The notes: generated by a model not told the origin, from the sequence alone. Shown: positions 40,842 through 51,241, numbered from the stretch's first letter. The stretch: DNA of 64,000 nt from Nitrosopumilus sp. (GCA_965219345.1 OZ244732.1:1568001-1632000); one strand, 5' to 3'. Program-made: numbers and translations.

Positions 40842-41765
40842 TTATCTATCCCAATCAAAACTGCATCGTAGCAGTTTGGATAGTCTCTTGTTGTGAGGTT
40901 TAAAGTACTCGATTAGGAATTTGCGCGTCTCTTCGCTCATCTTCTCATAGTTTCCAATGTTAAGGGATTTCGTTTTTTCTACTTGAAAAGAAGGCACTCC
41001 CAAGAAATCAAAGACTTTATCTAGCGTCTGCTGTCGATTTTCACGAAGATCTTCTGCAGTCAAAATCAAAAACTTTTCTCTGCCATAGTACTTGAACCAG
41101 TTTTCCAGCTGATCGACGTAAATGCCATTGGCAAGGCACAAATTAGTAGAATCTCTGTTGTGAATATAATCTGGATCTGTTATCATACGTTTCCTTTCTC
41201 TGACGCGCTGTTCTTCTTCCAACTTGATGACTTTCTCAAATGAGATTGATTCTCTATTCAATCTCAATAACATATGATAGTGAGAGTACGCCCGATCAAC
41301 TGGATTGCGCAAAATCACGATCAGTTTTACGTCAGGCAAGAGCGCTTTCATCCTGCTTGGGGCGGCCTGCCAAAAAAGGTAGTTTGGACTAGCTTCTCCA
41401 CTGAGGAGTTTTTTCTTTGTTTTTTTGTAGAAATAGTACCTTTGTATCTTGGTTGGAAAATTAGAACGGTACCACAGTTTGCCAAATCTATATCCAGTAG
41501 AAAAATATTTTAGCTCTTTTGCAGGTGTGGGAACAATATCTGGATGTTTAACAATAAAATCATACAACGATGTGGTTCCGGATTTCTGAGCGCCGATAAT
41601 AACAAAATCAGGCAATTCCCTTAAGGGCGAGGTAATTATTTGAAACCTACCCGAGTTGCGCGCTTTCGGGTCCGTACCTATCCTTGGGTTATAGAATACG
41701 TGCAAAAGAGGGTGCCGATGCAACCACTTACTTGCATTCTCCCTGAGATATCCCAATATTGACAC
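40842..41765 (-). CDS. PAPS-dependent sulfotransferase, paralog of 38443-39357
   Basis: PDFVIIGAQKSGTTSL, EASPNY, LRNPVDRAYS. Confidence 0.92.
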   Translation of the reverse strand: MSILGYLRENASKWLHRHPLLHVFYNPRIGTDPKARNSGRFQIITSPLRELPDFVIIGAQKSGTTSLYDFIVKHPDIVPTPAKELKYFSTGYRFGKLWYRSNFPTKIQRYYFYKKTKKKLLSGEASPNYLFWQAAPSRMKALLPDVKLIVILRNPVDRAYSHYHMLLRLNRESISFEKVIKLEEEQRVRERKRMITDPDYIHNRDSTNLCLANGIYVDQLENWFKYYGREKFLILTAEDLRENRQQTLDKVFDFLGVPSFQVEKTKSLNIGNYEKMSEETRKFLIEYFKPHNKRLSKLLRCSFDWDR

Positions 41766-41800
41766 TAATCAATCGATGTTATTTGTATGTCGCGCGTACG

Positions 41801-42010
41801 TCAGTTATGAACACATGATAACCACCCCCTGCGCAGTAGTTGTGATGGATCGACCCCTTATTTCGTCTGGGCTTCGCGCCCTCAGTTATGAATGGGGCAA
41901 TCCGAGCTGCTGTGTAATTGAGCTTCGCGCCATGATGGGTGCTTGCAGCTTCCGATCCGTCAACACATCCAAAAGGAGGTGATAGGATAGGATGAACAGC
42001 ATAGGAATAG
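41801..42010 (+). mobile_element. IS110 left end, copy B, cut after MNSIGI by IS6
   Basis: About 210 bp inverted copy of the 37997-38305 region; ATG at 41992. Confidence 0.85.
41838..41970 (+). ncRNA. Putative IS110 bridge-RNA-like non-coding RNA
   Basis: Outer stem GATGGATCG/CGATCCGTC encloses two stem/internal-loop/hairpin modules; lies upstream of the IS110 ORF; folded by eye. Confidence 0.65.
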
Positions 42011-42512
42011 GGTTCTGTTGGGTTATGGGGATATAGAATGAAATATGAATTTTCTCCTAATTAAAAAATCATACCTACACAGAATCCTTGCTTAAACTTG
42101 CATTCTGAATTATTGTCTTCCATTTGTTTAATCCATCAACCTCAATCATAGAGGCCTGTGCTGGAGTTTGACCCTTCAATGCTCCGTGCTTTTTTGTAAA
42201 ATTATAGTAGACTCTCATGCTATCCGAAATACCAGTATCCATCTTTTTGAGACCTCTGAATACCTTTTCCCTGTCCCTGATTTCACCGTTTAATCTTTCC
42301 ATCTTGTTGTTGTTCATGTCACCTTGCAGATGAATATGCCTAATGTGGTTGGTATCACTGCCAAAGATTTTCCTGCTTGACTTCATGTAAGCTTGCAAAC
42401 CATCTGTTATGAAATTGCGTGGATTCTTGCCAGCTTGTAATTTTGTTAATCTCAATAGGCTGTCTGCATTATGATGAAATTTGTTATCTGCAATCTCTTT
42501 TTTATCTCCCAA
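42011..42512 (-). mobile_element. IS6 family remnant (3' part and TIR)
   Basis: GGTTCTGTTG end; ITDGLQAY, NNKMERLN, YYNF, TPAQ. Confidence 0.8.
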
Positions 42513-42529
42513 TTCAACTATTTTTTTTC

Positions 42530-43103
42530 GCCTACTAATTTTTGAAGATGAGATGTGATCACATCATCAGTAAATCCAAGAATGTCTGTAATTTTACTTA
42601 AACTAATCTGATTTCCAGCTTTCAAAATAAAATTAATACGGTCTATTACTTTTTCTGCTGCTTTTGATTCAGCTTCTTTCAGCATCTTAACTTGTTCTGA
42701 TTCTTTTGAAAAGAAAGTTGCTCTTTTTCAATTGTATCAATAATACTTTTTAGATCATCAAATCGTATTGACTTGTCAAGATAGCGGCATACTCCGTACG
42801 AATAAGTTCTTTTATTCCTGCATCTTCCTTCTCGGTAGCAGTTTCCAAAATTACTCGCACATCTGGTTGAATTTCAATCATCTGTGTCAAAACTGAACGT
42901 GCATCCATGTCGGGTAATATAAAATCAAGTAATACAAATGGTTGTTTATTGTTAGTAATTAGTTCATTGAATGTATGAACCGCACCAGAACCTGTCTCAC
43001 AAATATGATTATCAGTATATCCTAATTTTTCCAAATAATTTTTTAAAAGAATACCAACAGCAGGGTTATCCTCTACAATCAGAACACTCTCTTTTGAGCT
43101 CAT
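42530..43103 (-). pseudogene. Response regulator receiver protein, frameshifted near 42795
   Basis: LIVEDN, LLDFILPD; expected tail YLDKSIRFDDLK is in another frame. Confidence 0.7.
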
Positions 43104-43642
43104 TTTTGACTTTCCAGCATAATGTTGAGTGAAAATTATTTATGAAATAAAGAGTGTTTTGTTTAGCTTATGACATGAATTTTTACACCATTTTGATAGA
43201 ATAGTACATCATCCCAAGTCTGGAAATTTTTTGATGAATATACCTGAATTTCAGGATAATTATTGAAAGATTCTTTGTATAATATATTAAGAAATTATGA
43301 CAATAAAGGTATAACATATGATAAGATTCTAATTAATTATTAATTTATCATTTAAAAAAACCAGATGCAGAAAAAATAATTACGTAATTGAAAAGAATAC
43401 TCTAAAAAACTTGTAGAAGTAAAAATTTAAACTCGACAAGCATCAGAAAAAGGTAAATAATTTTTAAATCAAGCTTTTAGTTTCTAAAAATTCTAAATAA
43501 GAAATGTTAATCGTTAAAATAAACATAGGGACCAAATCCAATGTCACCAAAAATTTTACAAATACATGAATACGTTGAATAGAAAATTCTAGTAATCAAT
43601 ACAGCACAAAGGACTAAATGTGTCAAAAAAATTCAATATTTA

Positions 43643-44347
43643 TTGATACATGGTCCCTCTCTTGCAATAGGTGCTGCAGTTGCATCAGCAGTATTAGTTA
43701 TAGTGTTTTTTGGGTTTGGTACAATTTCAAATGAATCTGAACTTGTTTTAGAACCAACCACTTCAATTCAAGAATTAGGACCACCAAAGATTTCTATGAC
43801 AACATTTTTGGCAAATGCTTCACCAATGCTTGGAAATCCTAATGCTCCCGTTCTACTTGTTGAATTTGGTGATTACCAATGTCATTTTTGCAATGTTTTC
43901 TTTCATTCAACTGAAGATGATATTTTGAAAAATTATGTGGAGACAGGAAAAGTTAGAATGATCTTTAAAGATTACAATATAATTGGTCCTGATTCTATTA
44001 CCGCATCACATGGAGCACATTGTGCAAATGATCAAGAATTGTTTTGGGAATATCACGATATTTTGTATTCAAACTGGACAGGGGAAAATAATGGATGGGC
44101 ATCACCTGAAAATCTTGCAAAGTTTGCCCAAGAAATTGGCTTGGATATGGATGAATGGTCTGAATGCATGGCAGATATGCCGCACTCTCAAATGATTCTG
44201 GGAAGCAACAGAGATGCAAGAACGCTTGAATTGACAGGCACTCCAGCATTTTTTGTCATTGGGCCTGATGAAGACATTACACCAATTTTTGGGGCACAGC
44301 CATATCTGGTGTTTGAGAATATTTTTGAAACAGAACTAAAAAAATAA
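43643..44347 (+). CDS. DsbA family thioredoxin-like protein
   Basis: EFGDYQCHFC, GTPAFF, N-terminal TM. Confidence 0.9.
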   Translation: MIHGPSLAIGAAVASAVLVIVFFGFGTISNESELVLEPTTSIQELGPPKISMTTFLANASPMLGNPNAPVLLVEFGDYQCHFCNVFFHSTEDDILKNYVETGKVRMIFKDYNIIGPDSITASHGAHCANDQELFWEYHDILYSNWTGENNGWASPENLAKFAQEIGLDMDEWSECMADMPHSQMILGSNRDARTLELTGTPAFFVIGPDEDITPIFGAQPYLVFENIFETELKK

Positions 44348-44454
44348 TTAGCGATCAAATAGCAAGTTAAGAACAAAAAAGATACCAAAACTTCCTTCCT
44401 AGCTAGTTAGAATTTACTGGATATCCTTATTAATGAACCATCGAACCGAAGCTT

Positions 44455-45849
44455 ATGACAGCTGGAATTGACGATATTGCAATATACATCCCTAGATTGT
44501 ATATTGATGCAGCTGATTTTGCAGAAGCTAGAGGTTTAGACCCGGTAAAATTACAAAAAGGTCTAGGAGTTTCTCAAATGGCAATTGTTGATGCCAATCA
44601 AGACCCAGCATGTCTTGCAGCAAATGCATGTTTAAAAATTATGCAAAGAAACAAACTTTCCCCAGAAGATATTGGAAGATTATACGTTTCAACCGAATCA
44701 GCATTTGATGAATCAAAGGCAATGAACTCTTATGTTATTGGAATGCTAGAACAGGTTTATGGTCAAGGCGCATTTGAGCACTGTGGTGGCATTGAGACAA
44801 AATTTGCTTGTGTTAGTGGTTCGTATGCCCTTTATGACAATACAAACTGGATTAGAGCTGGAGAAGCAGAAGAAAAAGCTGCACTTGTAGTAGTATCTGA
44901 CATTGCAAAATACGATATGGGCTCTAGTGGTGAGATGACACAAGGAGCAGGAGCAGTGGTAATGCTTCTAAATGACAAACCAAGATTATTGGAATTTGAT
45001 CCTAAAGTTACGTCCACCTCAATTAAAGATGAATATGACTTTTACAGACCTTTTGGAAAAGAGACACCCATTGTCCATGGTCAATATTCTAATTTACTTT
45101 ACATGATTCAGGTAAGAAAAGCACTAGATGCTTACAAGAAAAAAGTGATTTCAACTGGATTAATCAACATAGAGCCTGGCGAAACAATTTTAGATCATAT
45201 GGATTACATCAATATGCATTTGCCATATAGTAACATGGGAAAGAAGGCCTTAGCATATATGGTCAGACATGAATGGCGTCAACTTTCACGATGGAAGAGA
45301 ATTTTACAGGAAATAGGAATGGATGAACCAGTACCAAAAGATCCACGTGGAACAATTGAATCGGTATTGGGAGATGCTGAATTTATGGCAAAAGACCATG
45401 AATTTACCAAACTATTTTCAAAAACTCCAGAATTTCAGGAAGTATACGAATCGAAACTTGCAAGCTCACTTATTGCATCCAGTATGATTGGGAATCTGTA
45501 CACTGCATCACTGTACTTGGGATTTAGAAGTAGTTTAGAATTTGAATATCAAAAAGGAATTAATTTGGAAGGAAAAAGAGTTGGGTTTGGATCATATGGT
45601 AGTGGAGCTAGTGCAATGGTATTCAGTGGAATCATTCAACCAGAATATGAACAAGTTGTAAAGAACATGAACTTGGAAGCAGAAATCGGTGAAAGAAAAA
45701 GACTAACGTGGGATGAATACGAAAAACTACACGAAAATAAACTATCTGTTGATGAATCAATGGTTCATACAAAGAAAGAATTTGTCTTAGTGGATGTGAA
45801 GACTGAAACTGCATCTAGAGGCGAAAGACGTTACGTCTTTAACGAATAA
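44455..45849 (+). CDS. Hydroxymethylglutaryl-CoA synthase
   Basis: KFACVSG, SDIAKY, TQGAGA, DFYRP, GNLYTAS, SYGSG. Confidence 0.92.
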   Translation: MTAGIDDIAIYIPRLYIDAADFAEARGLDPVKLQKGLGVSQMAIVDANQDPACLAANACLKIMQRNKLSPEDIGRLYVSTESAFDESKAMNSYVIGMLEQVYGQGAFEHCGGIETKFACVSGSYALYDNTNWIRAGEAEEKAALVVVSDIAKYDMGSSGEMTQGAGAVVMLLNDKPRLLEFDPKVTSTSIKDEYDFYRPFGKETPIVHGQYSNLLYMIQVRKALDAYKKKVISTGLINIEPGETILDHMDYINMHLPYSNMGKKALAYMVRHEWRQLSRWKRILQEIGMDEPVPKDPRGTIESVLGDAEFMAKDHEFTKLFSKTPEFQEVYESKLASSLIASSMIGNLYTASLYLGFRSSLEFEYQKGINLEGKRVGFGSYGSGASAMVFSGIIQPEYEQVVKNMNLEAEIGERKRLTWDEYEKLHENKLSVDESMVHTKKEFVLVDVKTETASRGERRYVFNE

Positions 45850-46087
45850 ACTAGTAAAATAGAAACAGTCCCAGAGTCATCAAAAACAATCCAGTTATTG
45901 CTAACACCCTAATTAACACAGAATTCATTTTTCTTCAGGATCATTTGCCTTGTCTCGAACCTTTTTGAGAATACAAAATTTACTTAGACTTTTGAGAAAT
46001 CCCATATACTTTATTCAGCATTCTATTATTTTAGGAATTTCCTGCATTAAATTTGAATATAGGTAGAACTTCTAACATGGTAGAATA

Positions 46088-46639
46088 ATGCAGGAAGAGC
46101 CTAATCCAATCAAGGATTATCTGTTTGATTACCTATCAAAATCAGACGAGAAAATTCAAAAATTAATCTCAGATGAGAAATTTTCAGAAATAATTGATGG
46201 TGTAATTACAAATTGTTATGATAAAATCATTACACTTGGAAAAAGAGACGAAAGTCTAGGGGTTTTAGCAACAGGACTACTCCATTTTCTTCTTACCAAT
46301 GCGTTATTGAATAGTCAAAGGAAGATAATGTATAATGGAACAGAAATAGACATTGTTATTCCAGATTTGAAAACATTAGAAAAAGATCCTAAACAAACTT
46401 TGTTGATATGTATTCCAAAAACAGGTAACAAAAAAGAAATTGAGCAGAAATTAACAGAATTATATAAAATACAACCAGAAAAACAGAATGTCTGGCTAGT
46501 TTTATCACAAAAACTTGATTTTGAAAACAGATCATATATCATAAATAAAGAAGATCAAACGTTTTCAAAGATTATCTTTGATATTGGACAATTTGTCAAT
46601 ATACAAGGAAAAAATAAATTCAAAATTTTACGAATATAA
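46088..46639 (+). CDS. Hypothetical protein
   Basis: 183 aa ORF. Confidence 0.7.
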   Translation: MQEEPNPIKDYLFDYLSKSDEKIQKLISDEKFSEIIDGVITNCYDKIITLGKRDESLGVLATGLLHFLLTNALLNSQRKIMYNGTEIDIVIPDLKTLEKDPKQTLLICIPKTGNKKEIEQKLTELYKIQPEKQNVWLVLSQKLDFENRSYIINKEDQTFSKIIFDIGQFVNIQGKNKFKILRI

Positions 46640-46663
46640 GAAAGGTATCATTCAAGTATTATT

Positions 46664-46891
46664 GTGAGACCCATCGGAATAATTATTGTAGCTGTAAGTC
46701 TTGGAGCTATAGTTGCAATCTTAGGTGGAAATTATTCTGATCAAAATGAAACAAAACCTTGGGTTGGGTTGAATTGTGACAAAATGTTAGACTTTAGCGC
46801 TTCAGATCAGCATCAAGATCTGACTATGGATCAACACATGAAATTTCATGAGTATTATGTTAACCATTGCTCAGACACTGAAATACCTTGA
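46664..46891 (+). CDS. Small membrane-anchored/secreted protein
   Basis: N-terminal TM, two Cys. Confidence 0.6.
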   Translation: MRPIGIIIVAVSLGAIVAILGGNYSDQNETKPWVGLNCDKMLDFSASDQHQDLTMDQHMKFHEYYVNHCSDTEIP

Positions 46892-46893
46892 TT

Positions 46894-47135
46894 CTAAGAT
46901 TCACAAACCACTTCACTAGTGTTTCCGCCATCATAGTCCTATCATGGCATCAACATCACATTCAGATGCATATGGGAAATTTGTTTCAATTATAGGATAC
47001 ATTAAATCTTCAGGATCAGAGGAGTGTGCTAAGCCTAAAGCATGGCCTAATTCATGCCTTACAACTGTCTCAAGTGCAGCCAAAGATATGTTATTTACAT
47101 CAAATATAGTAACTCTGGACTTGAGAATTCTTCCC
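46894..47135 (-). pseudogene. Matrixin (M10) metalloprotease C-terminal remnant
   Basis: Minus-strand RHELGHALGLAHSSDPEDLMYP; no N-terminal part. Confidence 0.75.
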
Positions 47136-47258
47136 TTTTAGTTTCTAATTCTTTTTCTGCAGCTTTAAGATTTTAAGATTGTTCTTTTAGTTTTTTCTCA
47201 ATTTCTTTAAGTTCTTTTTCAGATTTGGTCATTATCCAATTTGAGGTATGGGTTCTAT

Positions 47259-47447
47259 CTAAGAGCTTTCAGTCAACTGATATAATCTAGGATTGTCTGG
47301 AGTTTGTCGGATTAATCCCTGGGCTACGGCATTATTGAACTCATCAGTTCCAACCTTGTTAAACCAACTAGCTACTTCGCCAATAATCTCATCCCTTCTC
47401 AATTTTTTGTATTTTTCCAAGAGAAGAACTACTGCGTTAGTCGCCAT
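47259..47447 (-). CDS. Small hypothetical protein (MATNAVVLLLEKYKKL...)
   Basis: Starts inside the 52 bp repeat. Confidence 0.45.
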   Translation of the reverse strand: MATNAVVLLLEKYKKLRRDEIIGEVASWFNKVGTDEFNNAVAQGLIRQTPDNPRLYQLTESS

Positions 47448-47697
47448 TATTATCGTCATTATTACCGTAATAGCTGTCGCCATTATTATCGTTAGAGTGA
47501 TCCAACCAGAAATCCAGATCCTCTACAATGATTCCCACATCATCAGGCATGATCTCTGGTAATTTTATCCTAAAATCACTGAGTTCCATCTGCATAATCA
47601 GGTTATACTTGTAATCAGCAACCTCAACGGTTTCTGCATTACTGCGTTGCCGTGTGATGCGTCTGTTACGGTCCATATATCGTAATATGAATGTCAT
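47437..47697 (-). CDS. Hypothetical protein with Asn/Asp-rich tail
   Basis: 86 aa ORF. Confidence 0.45.
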   Translation of the reverse strand: MTFILRYMDRNRRITRQRSNAETVEVADYKYNLIMQMELSDFRIKLPEIMPDDVGIIVEDLDFWLDHSNDNNGDSYYGNNDDNNGD

Positions 47698-47841
47698 GAT
47701 GTAGTACCGAATACCTCCCTGTACAGCGTGACATATTTCTTTATGTTGAAGCTCATTGTATCCCTGGTTAACTTTGCTTCTTTGTCATTAATCTCATTCT
47801 TTGTCAATTTTTTGTATTTTTCCAAGAGAAGAACTACTGCG

Positions 47842-48402
47842 TTAGTCGTCATTATCTAGAAAATCCTCCGATGCGTTTGGAAATGACAGTTCTCCCAATG
47901 ATTTGTATTTTTCCTGCATTTCATCTCTGGTTCTAAAGCTCATATAATCCTTAAAAGTGATTCTCATTTTTCCTACAGGAATCTTAGTATTTGACACAAT
48001 TCTTACCTCTGTCTCAGTGGCAAAAGCAGAGTTTTTTGTACTGTGTATATTCTCTTTGACTTCATGATTTTGGGTCCTGGGAAACTGCGTATAGTTTGCA
48101 GTCTTTGAACCTTCCCTTATCTCATCAGCAGGATAAGCTATTTGGACTCCCCCTCCTTGGCCAAAGAATTTGCTTTGATCTTCTACTGTCATGCATTTGT
48201 AATCGGCATCCTTTCCTACTCCAAATTTTGATACTCCAAATGTTGCATTAGGTTTTAGATAACTGTCAAGCTTTTCAGTATCAGTAAATCTATAGAACTC
48301 CTTGGCCTTGTCAGCTTTCTTTTGGAGTGATTGATTAAATGCATGGACCTCTTCTTCTCTCTCCTTCAACTGAAATATTTTCTCCTTTTTTGAGAATTTC
48401 AA
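47842..48402 (-). CDS. ADP-ribosyltransferase-like domain protein, probably 5'-degraded
   Basis: FYR ... CMT ... ETEVRI spacing resembles the R-S-ExE signature. Confidence 0.4.
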   Translation of the reverse strand: MKFSKKEKIFQLKEREEEVHAFNQSLQKKADKAKEFYRFTDTEKLDSYLKPNATFGVSKFGVGKDADYKCMTVEDQSKFFGQGGGVQIAYPADEIREGSKTANYTQFPRTQNHEVKENIHSTKNSAFATETEVRIVSNTKIPVGKMRITFKDYMSFRTRDEMQEKYKSLGELSFPNASEDFLDNDD

Positions 48403-48699
48403 CTGCCTCTATTGCATCATGTAATTTTTGCTCAATCTCTGAAAGAGAACATGCTTTATCATTAGAATCATCGTGGCTCATGAATTAATCTCCAGTTTAT
48501 TCATAATATCACATTATTATTTAAAGTAAAAAACCCATAAAGACCGTGGAATTTTCTAGGCTCAATAGGTTCCTAAATGGAATAAACTATCAAAAACCAT
48601 TCATTTTATTTTCAATTAAAATTTGATACAGCCTCGTTTTTTAAAATCAATTTTGGTAGGCATGAAAAATATTAGATGGGATGTACTTTGCTTGATCGT

Positions 48700-49066
48700 A
48701 TGAAAGTCTGCATTATTGATGATAATACAAGCATTACAGGCATGTTCTCAAAATTGCTAAAAATGGAAGGTCATGAGGTGGTAATTTCAAACGGCGGAAG
48801 AGCAGGCCTTGCATTATTGGATAATGATGTATTTGATGCAACAATTTCAGATATTTTCATGCCAGAATTTTCTGGAATCGATATGGTTGATGCATTAAAT
48901 GAAAGTGGAAGAATGAAAGAACAAAAAATTGTAATTTTTTCTGCATCAACCATCGATGAGAAAACAATCAATGAGTTTAAAGAAAAAGGAGTGGTAGATT
49001 TTCTAAAAAACCAATGGGCCTTTCTGAATTGATTGTAAAATTAGAAGAAATAGTCGAGTCTGATTA
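48700..49066 (+). pseudogene. Response regulator receiver protein, frameshifted in an A6 run
   Basis: IIDDN, SDIFMP; one extra A at 49005-49010 would give FLKKPMGLSELIVKLEEIVESD. Confidence 0.7.
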
Positions 49067-49167
49067 ACATTTTTGTGCCAATCTAGTACCAATACAGTTC
49101 CAAAAATATTCTAATCTTATAGGAATTGAACCTAGAATTTAATTTAATTAGAATATTTTTACTAAGA

Positions 49168-49854
49168 TTATTTTAACAGAGTTGCCAAATCTATATTCTT
49201 TTTGAAGATACGATATAGAGAAGCATCACTCATGTTTTTAATGAATGGAATTGAGCCTAAAACCTTGATTCCTGTAAGGTTTTGCAAGTCACGCTTTAGT
49301 TCTTTAACAGGATAACCCTTTTCAAAATTATTAATTATGATTCCTTTAACTGGAATTTTGTATTTTTCACACATCTTTACAGTCATTATAGTATGATTAA
49401 CTGTTCCAACTTTACTTCTTGTTACAATTACCGCAGGGATTTTCATTGCCTTGATCAAATTTGTAATGTAATAGTCTTTCAAAATTGGAGTCATGATTCC
49501 ACCCATTCCCTCAACAAGAATCATGTCATGAAGTTTTGTGAGTTTTTTGAAACTAGATAGTATAGTAGAAACTTTTGGTTTTGTCTTCAAAGTTTTCCAT
49601 GCAGTATATGGAGATGCAGGAATTCTAAAAAATTGAGGATTTACTAATTTTTCAGGATCACATGCCATTGCAGCACGGGACAAAATTACAATATCCTCAG
49701 ATTTGTAGCCTTTTTTCTGAGCTCTTCCAGCTGCAAATGGTTTCATTACACCAACATCAATTCCCATCTTACGAAATGCTATTCCCAGACCTGCAGCGAT
49801 GTAGGTTTTTCCAACATCAGTATCGGTTCCAGCAATGAATAGTGATTTCAACAA
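49168..49854 (-). CDS. bioD: Dethiobiotin synthase
   Basis: GTDTDVGKT, VEGMGG, GTVNHT. Confidence 0.95.
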   Translation of the reverse strand: MLKSLFIAGTDTDVGKTYIAAGLGIAFRKMGIDVGVMKPFAAGRAQKKGYKSEDIVILSRAAMACDPEKLVNPQFFRIPASPYTAWKTLKTKPKVSTILSSFKKLTKLHDMILVEGMGGIMTPILKDYYITNLIKAMKIPAVIVTRSKVGTVNHTIMTVKMCEKYKIPVKGIIINNFEKGYPVKELKRDLQNLTGIKVLGSIPFIKNMSDASLYRIFKKNIDLATLLK

Positions 49855-49924
49855 ATTAGATTCAGAATTTTTACTTGATTAACTCATCGGTTAATTATTA
49901 AGATCTCAGATCTTACAAAATCAG

Positions 49925-51241
49925 TTGAAAAGCTCTGTTTGGCACCCAAACACACAGATGAAAGAATGGAATTCTTTTGATAAGATCACCAAAGGCAAAG
50001 GAATGTGGCTGATTGACTCCAAAGGCAACAAGATGCTTGATGGGGTAGCATCAATGTGGTGTAACGTATGGGGACATTCTAACCCAGAATTAGTTAGAGC
50101 CATTACAGATCAGAGCAAAAAATTGCAGCATTCCTCCATGTTTAATCTCACAAATGAGCCTGCTGAAAGACTTGCAGAAAGTCTAGTAAAATTATCACCA
50201 AAAATGCACAAGGTCTTTTTTTCAGATAATGGATCTACAGCAATGGAGATATCCATCAAACTAGCTTTACAGTACTGGAAAAATATTGGGGAAAAAAAGA
50301 AGACCAAGATTGCTACAGTAGAAAATGGATACCACGGTGATACGTTTGGAGCAATGTCTGTAGGATATGTACCAGAATTTTTTGGTAGATTCAAAGAACA
50401 GTTATTTTCAACAATACAATTTCCAGTTCCAAACAAATACAGAGTCCCAAAAGGATTCACTTTTTCAGATTATCAAAACTATTGCATAGATAACATTGAA
50501 AAGAGGTTTTCCAAAAATAATAACATTGCAGCATTTATCATGGAGAGTGGTGCACAGGTAGCAGGGGGAGTTTTAATTTATCCAAAAGGATTTCAAAATA
50601 AAATTAGTAAATTATGCAAAAAATATGATGTCTTATTTGTTTTAGATGAGATTGCTACAGGTTTTGGAAGACTTGGTTCCATGACACAGTATGAAGAACA
50701 GAAAAGCATTCCAGACATTGTAGCATATGGAAAGATGTTAACTGGCGGATATCTAACAATGGCTGCAACCTTAACAAGCAAGAAAATTTATGATTCGTAT
50801 TTAGGAGAATTCAATGATTGGAAGCATCTATTTCATGGACATACTTACACTGGCAATCCAATTGCAGCAGCTGTTGCAAATGAAAATCTCAAAATGTACA
50901 AAAAGAATAATCTGATCAAAAAGATTCAAAAAACATCAAAGATATTTGAGAAATTCTATCAAGAAATATTAGAGATGGATATTGTAGGGGATATAAGACA
51001 CAAAGGAATGCTGATGGGAATTGAGTTAGTCACTAATAGAAAGAAAAAAACCCCAATTCATCCCAAAAAATCAATAAACAAAATATTCTTCGAAGAAGGT
51101 AAAAAACAAGGGATCTATCTTAGAACTCTTGGAAACACAGTCATGCTTGTTCCACCTTTAGCAATCTCAGAAAAAGAGCTAAATTTACTCCTAAAAAAGA
51201 CAATAAAGACGATAAAGGCTGCAAGATCAAAGGTAATTTGA
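49925..51241 (+). CDS. bioA: Adenosylmethionine-8-amino-7-oxononanoate aminotransferase
   Basis: WHPNTQM, YHGDT, DEIATGFGR, HGHTYTGNP. Confidence 0.95.
   Translation: MKSSVWHPNTQMKEWNSFDKITKGKGMWLIDSKGNKMLDGVASMWCNVWGHSNPELVRAITDQSKKLQHSSMFNLTNEPAERLAESLVKLSPKMHKVFFSDNGSTAMEISIKLALQYWKNIGEKKKTKIATVENGYHGDTFGAMSVGYVPEFFGRFKEQLFSTIQFPVPNKYRVPKGFTFSDYQNYCIDNIEKRFSKNNNIAAFIMESGAQVAGGVLIYPKGFQNKISKLCKKYDVLFVLDEIATGFGRLGSMTQYEEQKSIPDIVAYGKMLTGGYLTMAATLTSKKIYDSYLGEFNDWKHLFHGHTYTGNPIAAAVANENLKMYKKNNLIKKIQKTSKIFEKFYQEILEMDIVGDIRHKGMLMGIELVTNRKKKTPIHPKKSINKIFFEEGKKQGIYLRTLGNTVMLVPPLAISEKELNLLLKKTIKTIKAARSKVI

Noticed and set aside
41788-41870. Covariation between the module 1 left loop and insertion flanks
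   Set aside because: Matches are only 3-4 nt with two copies, too weak to claim.
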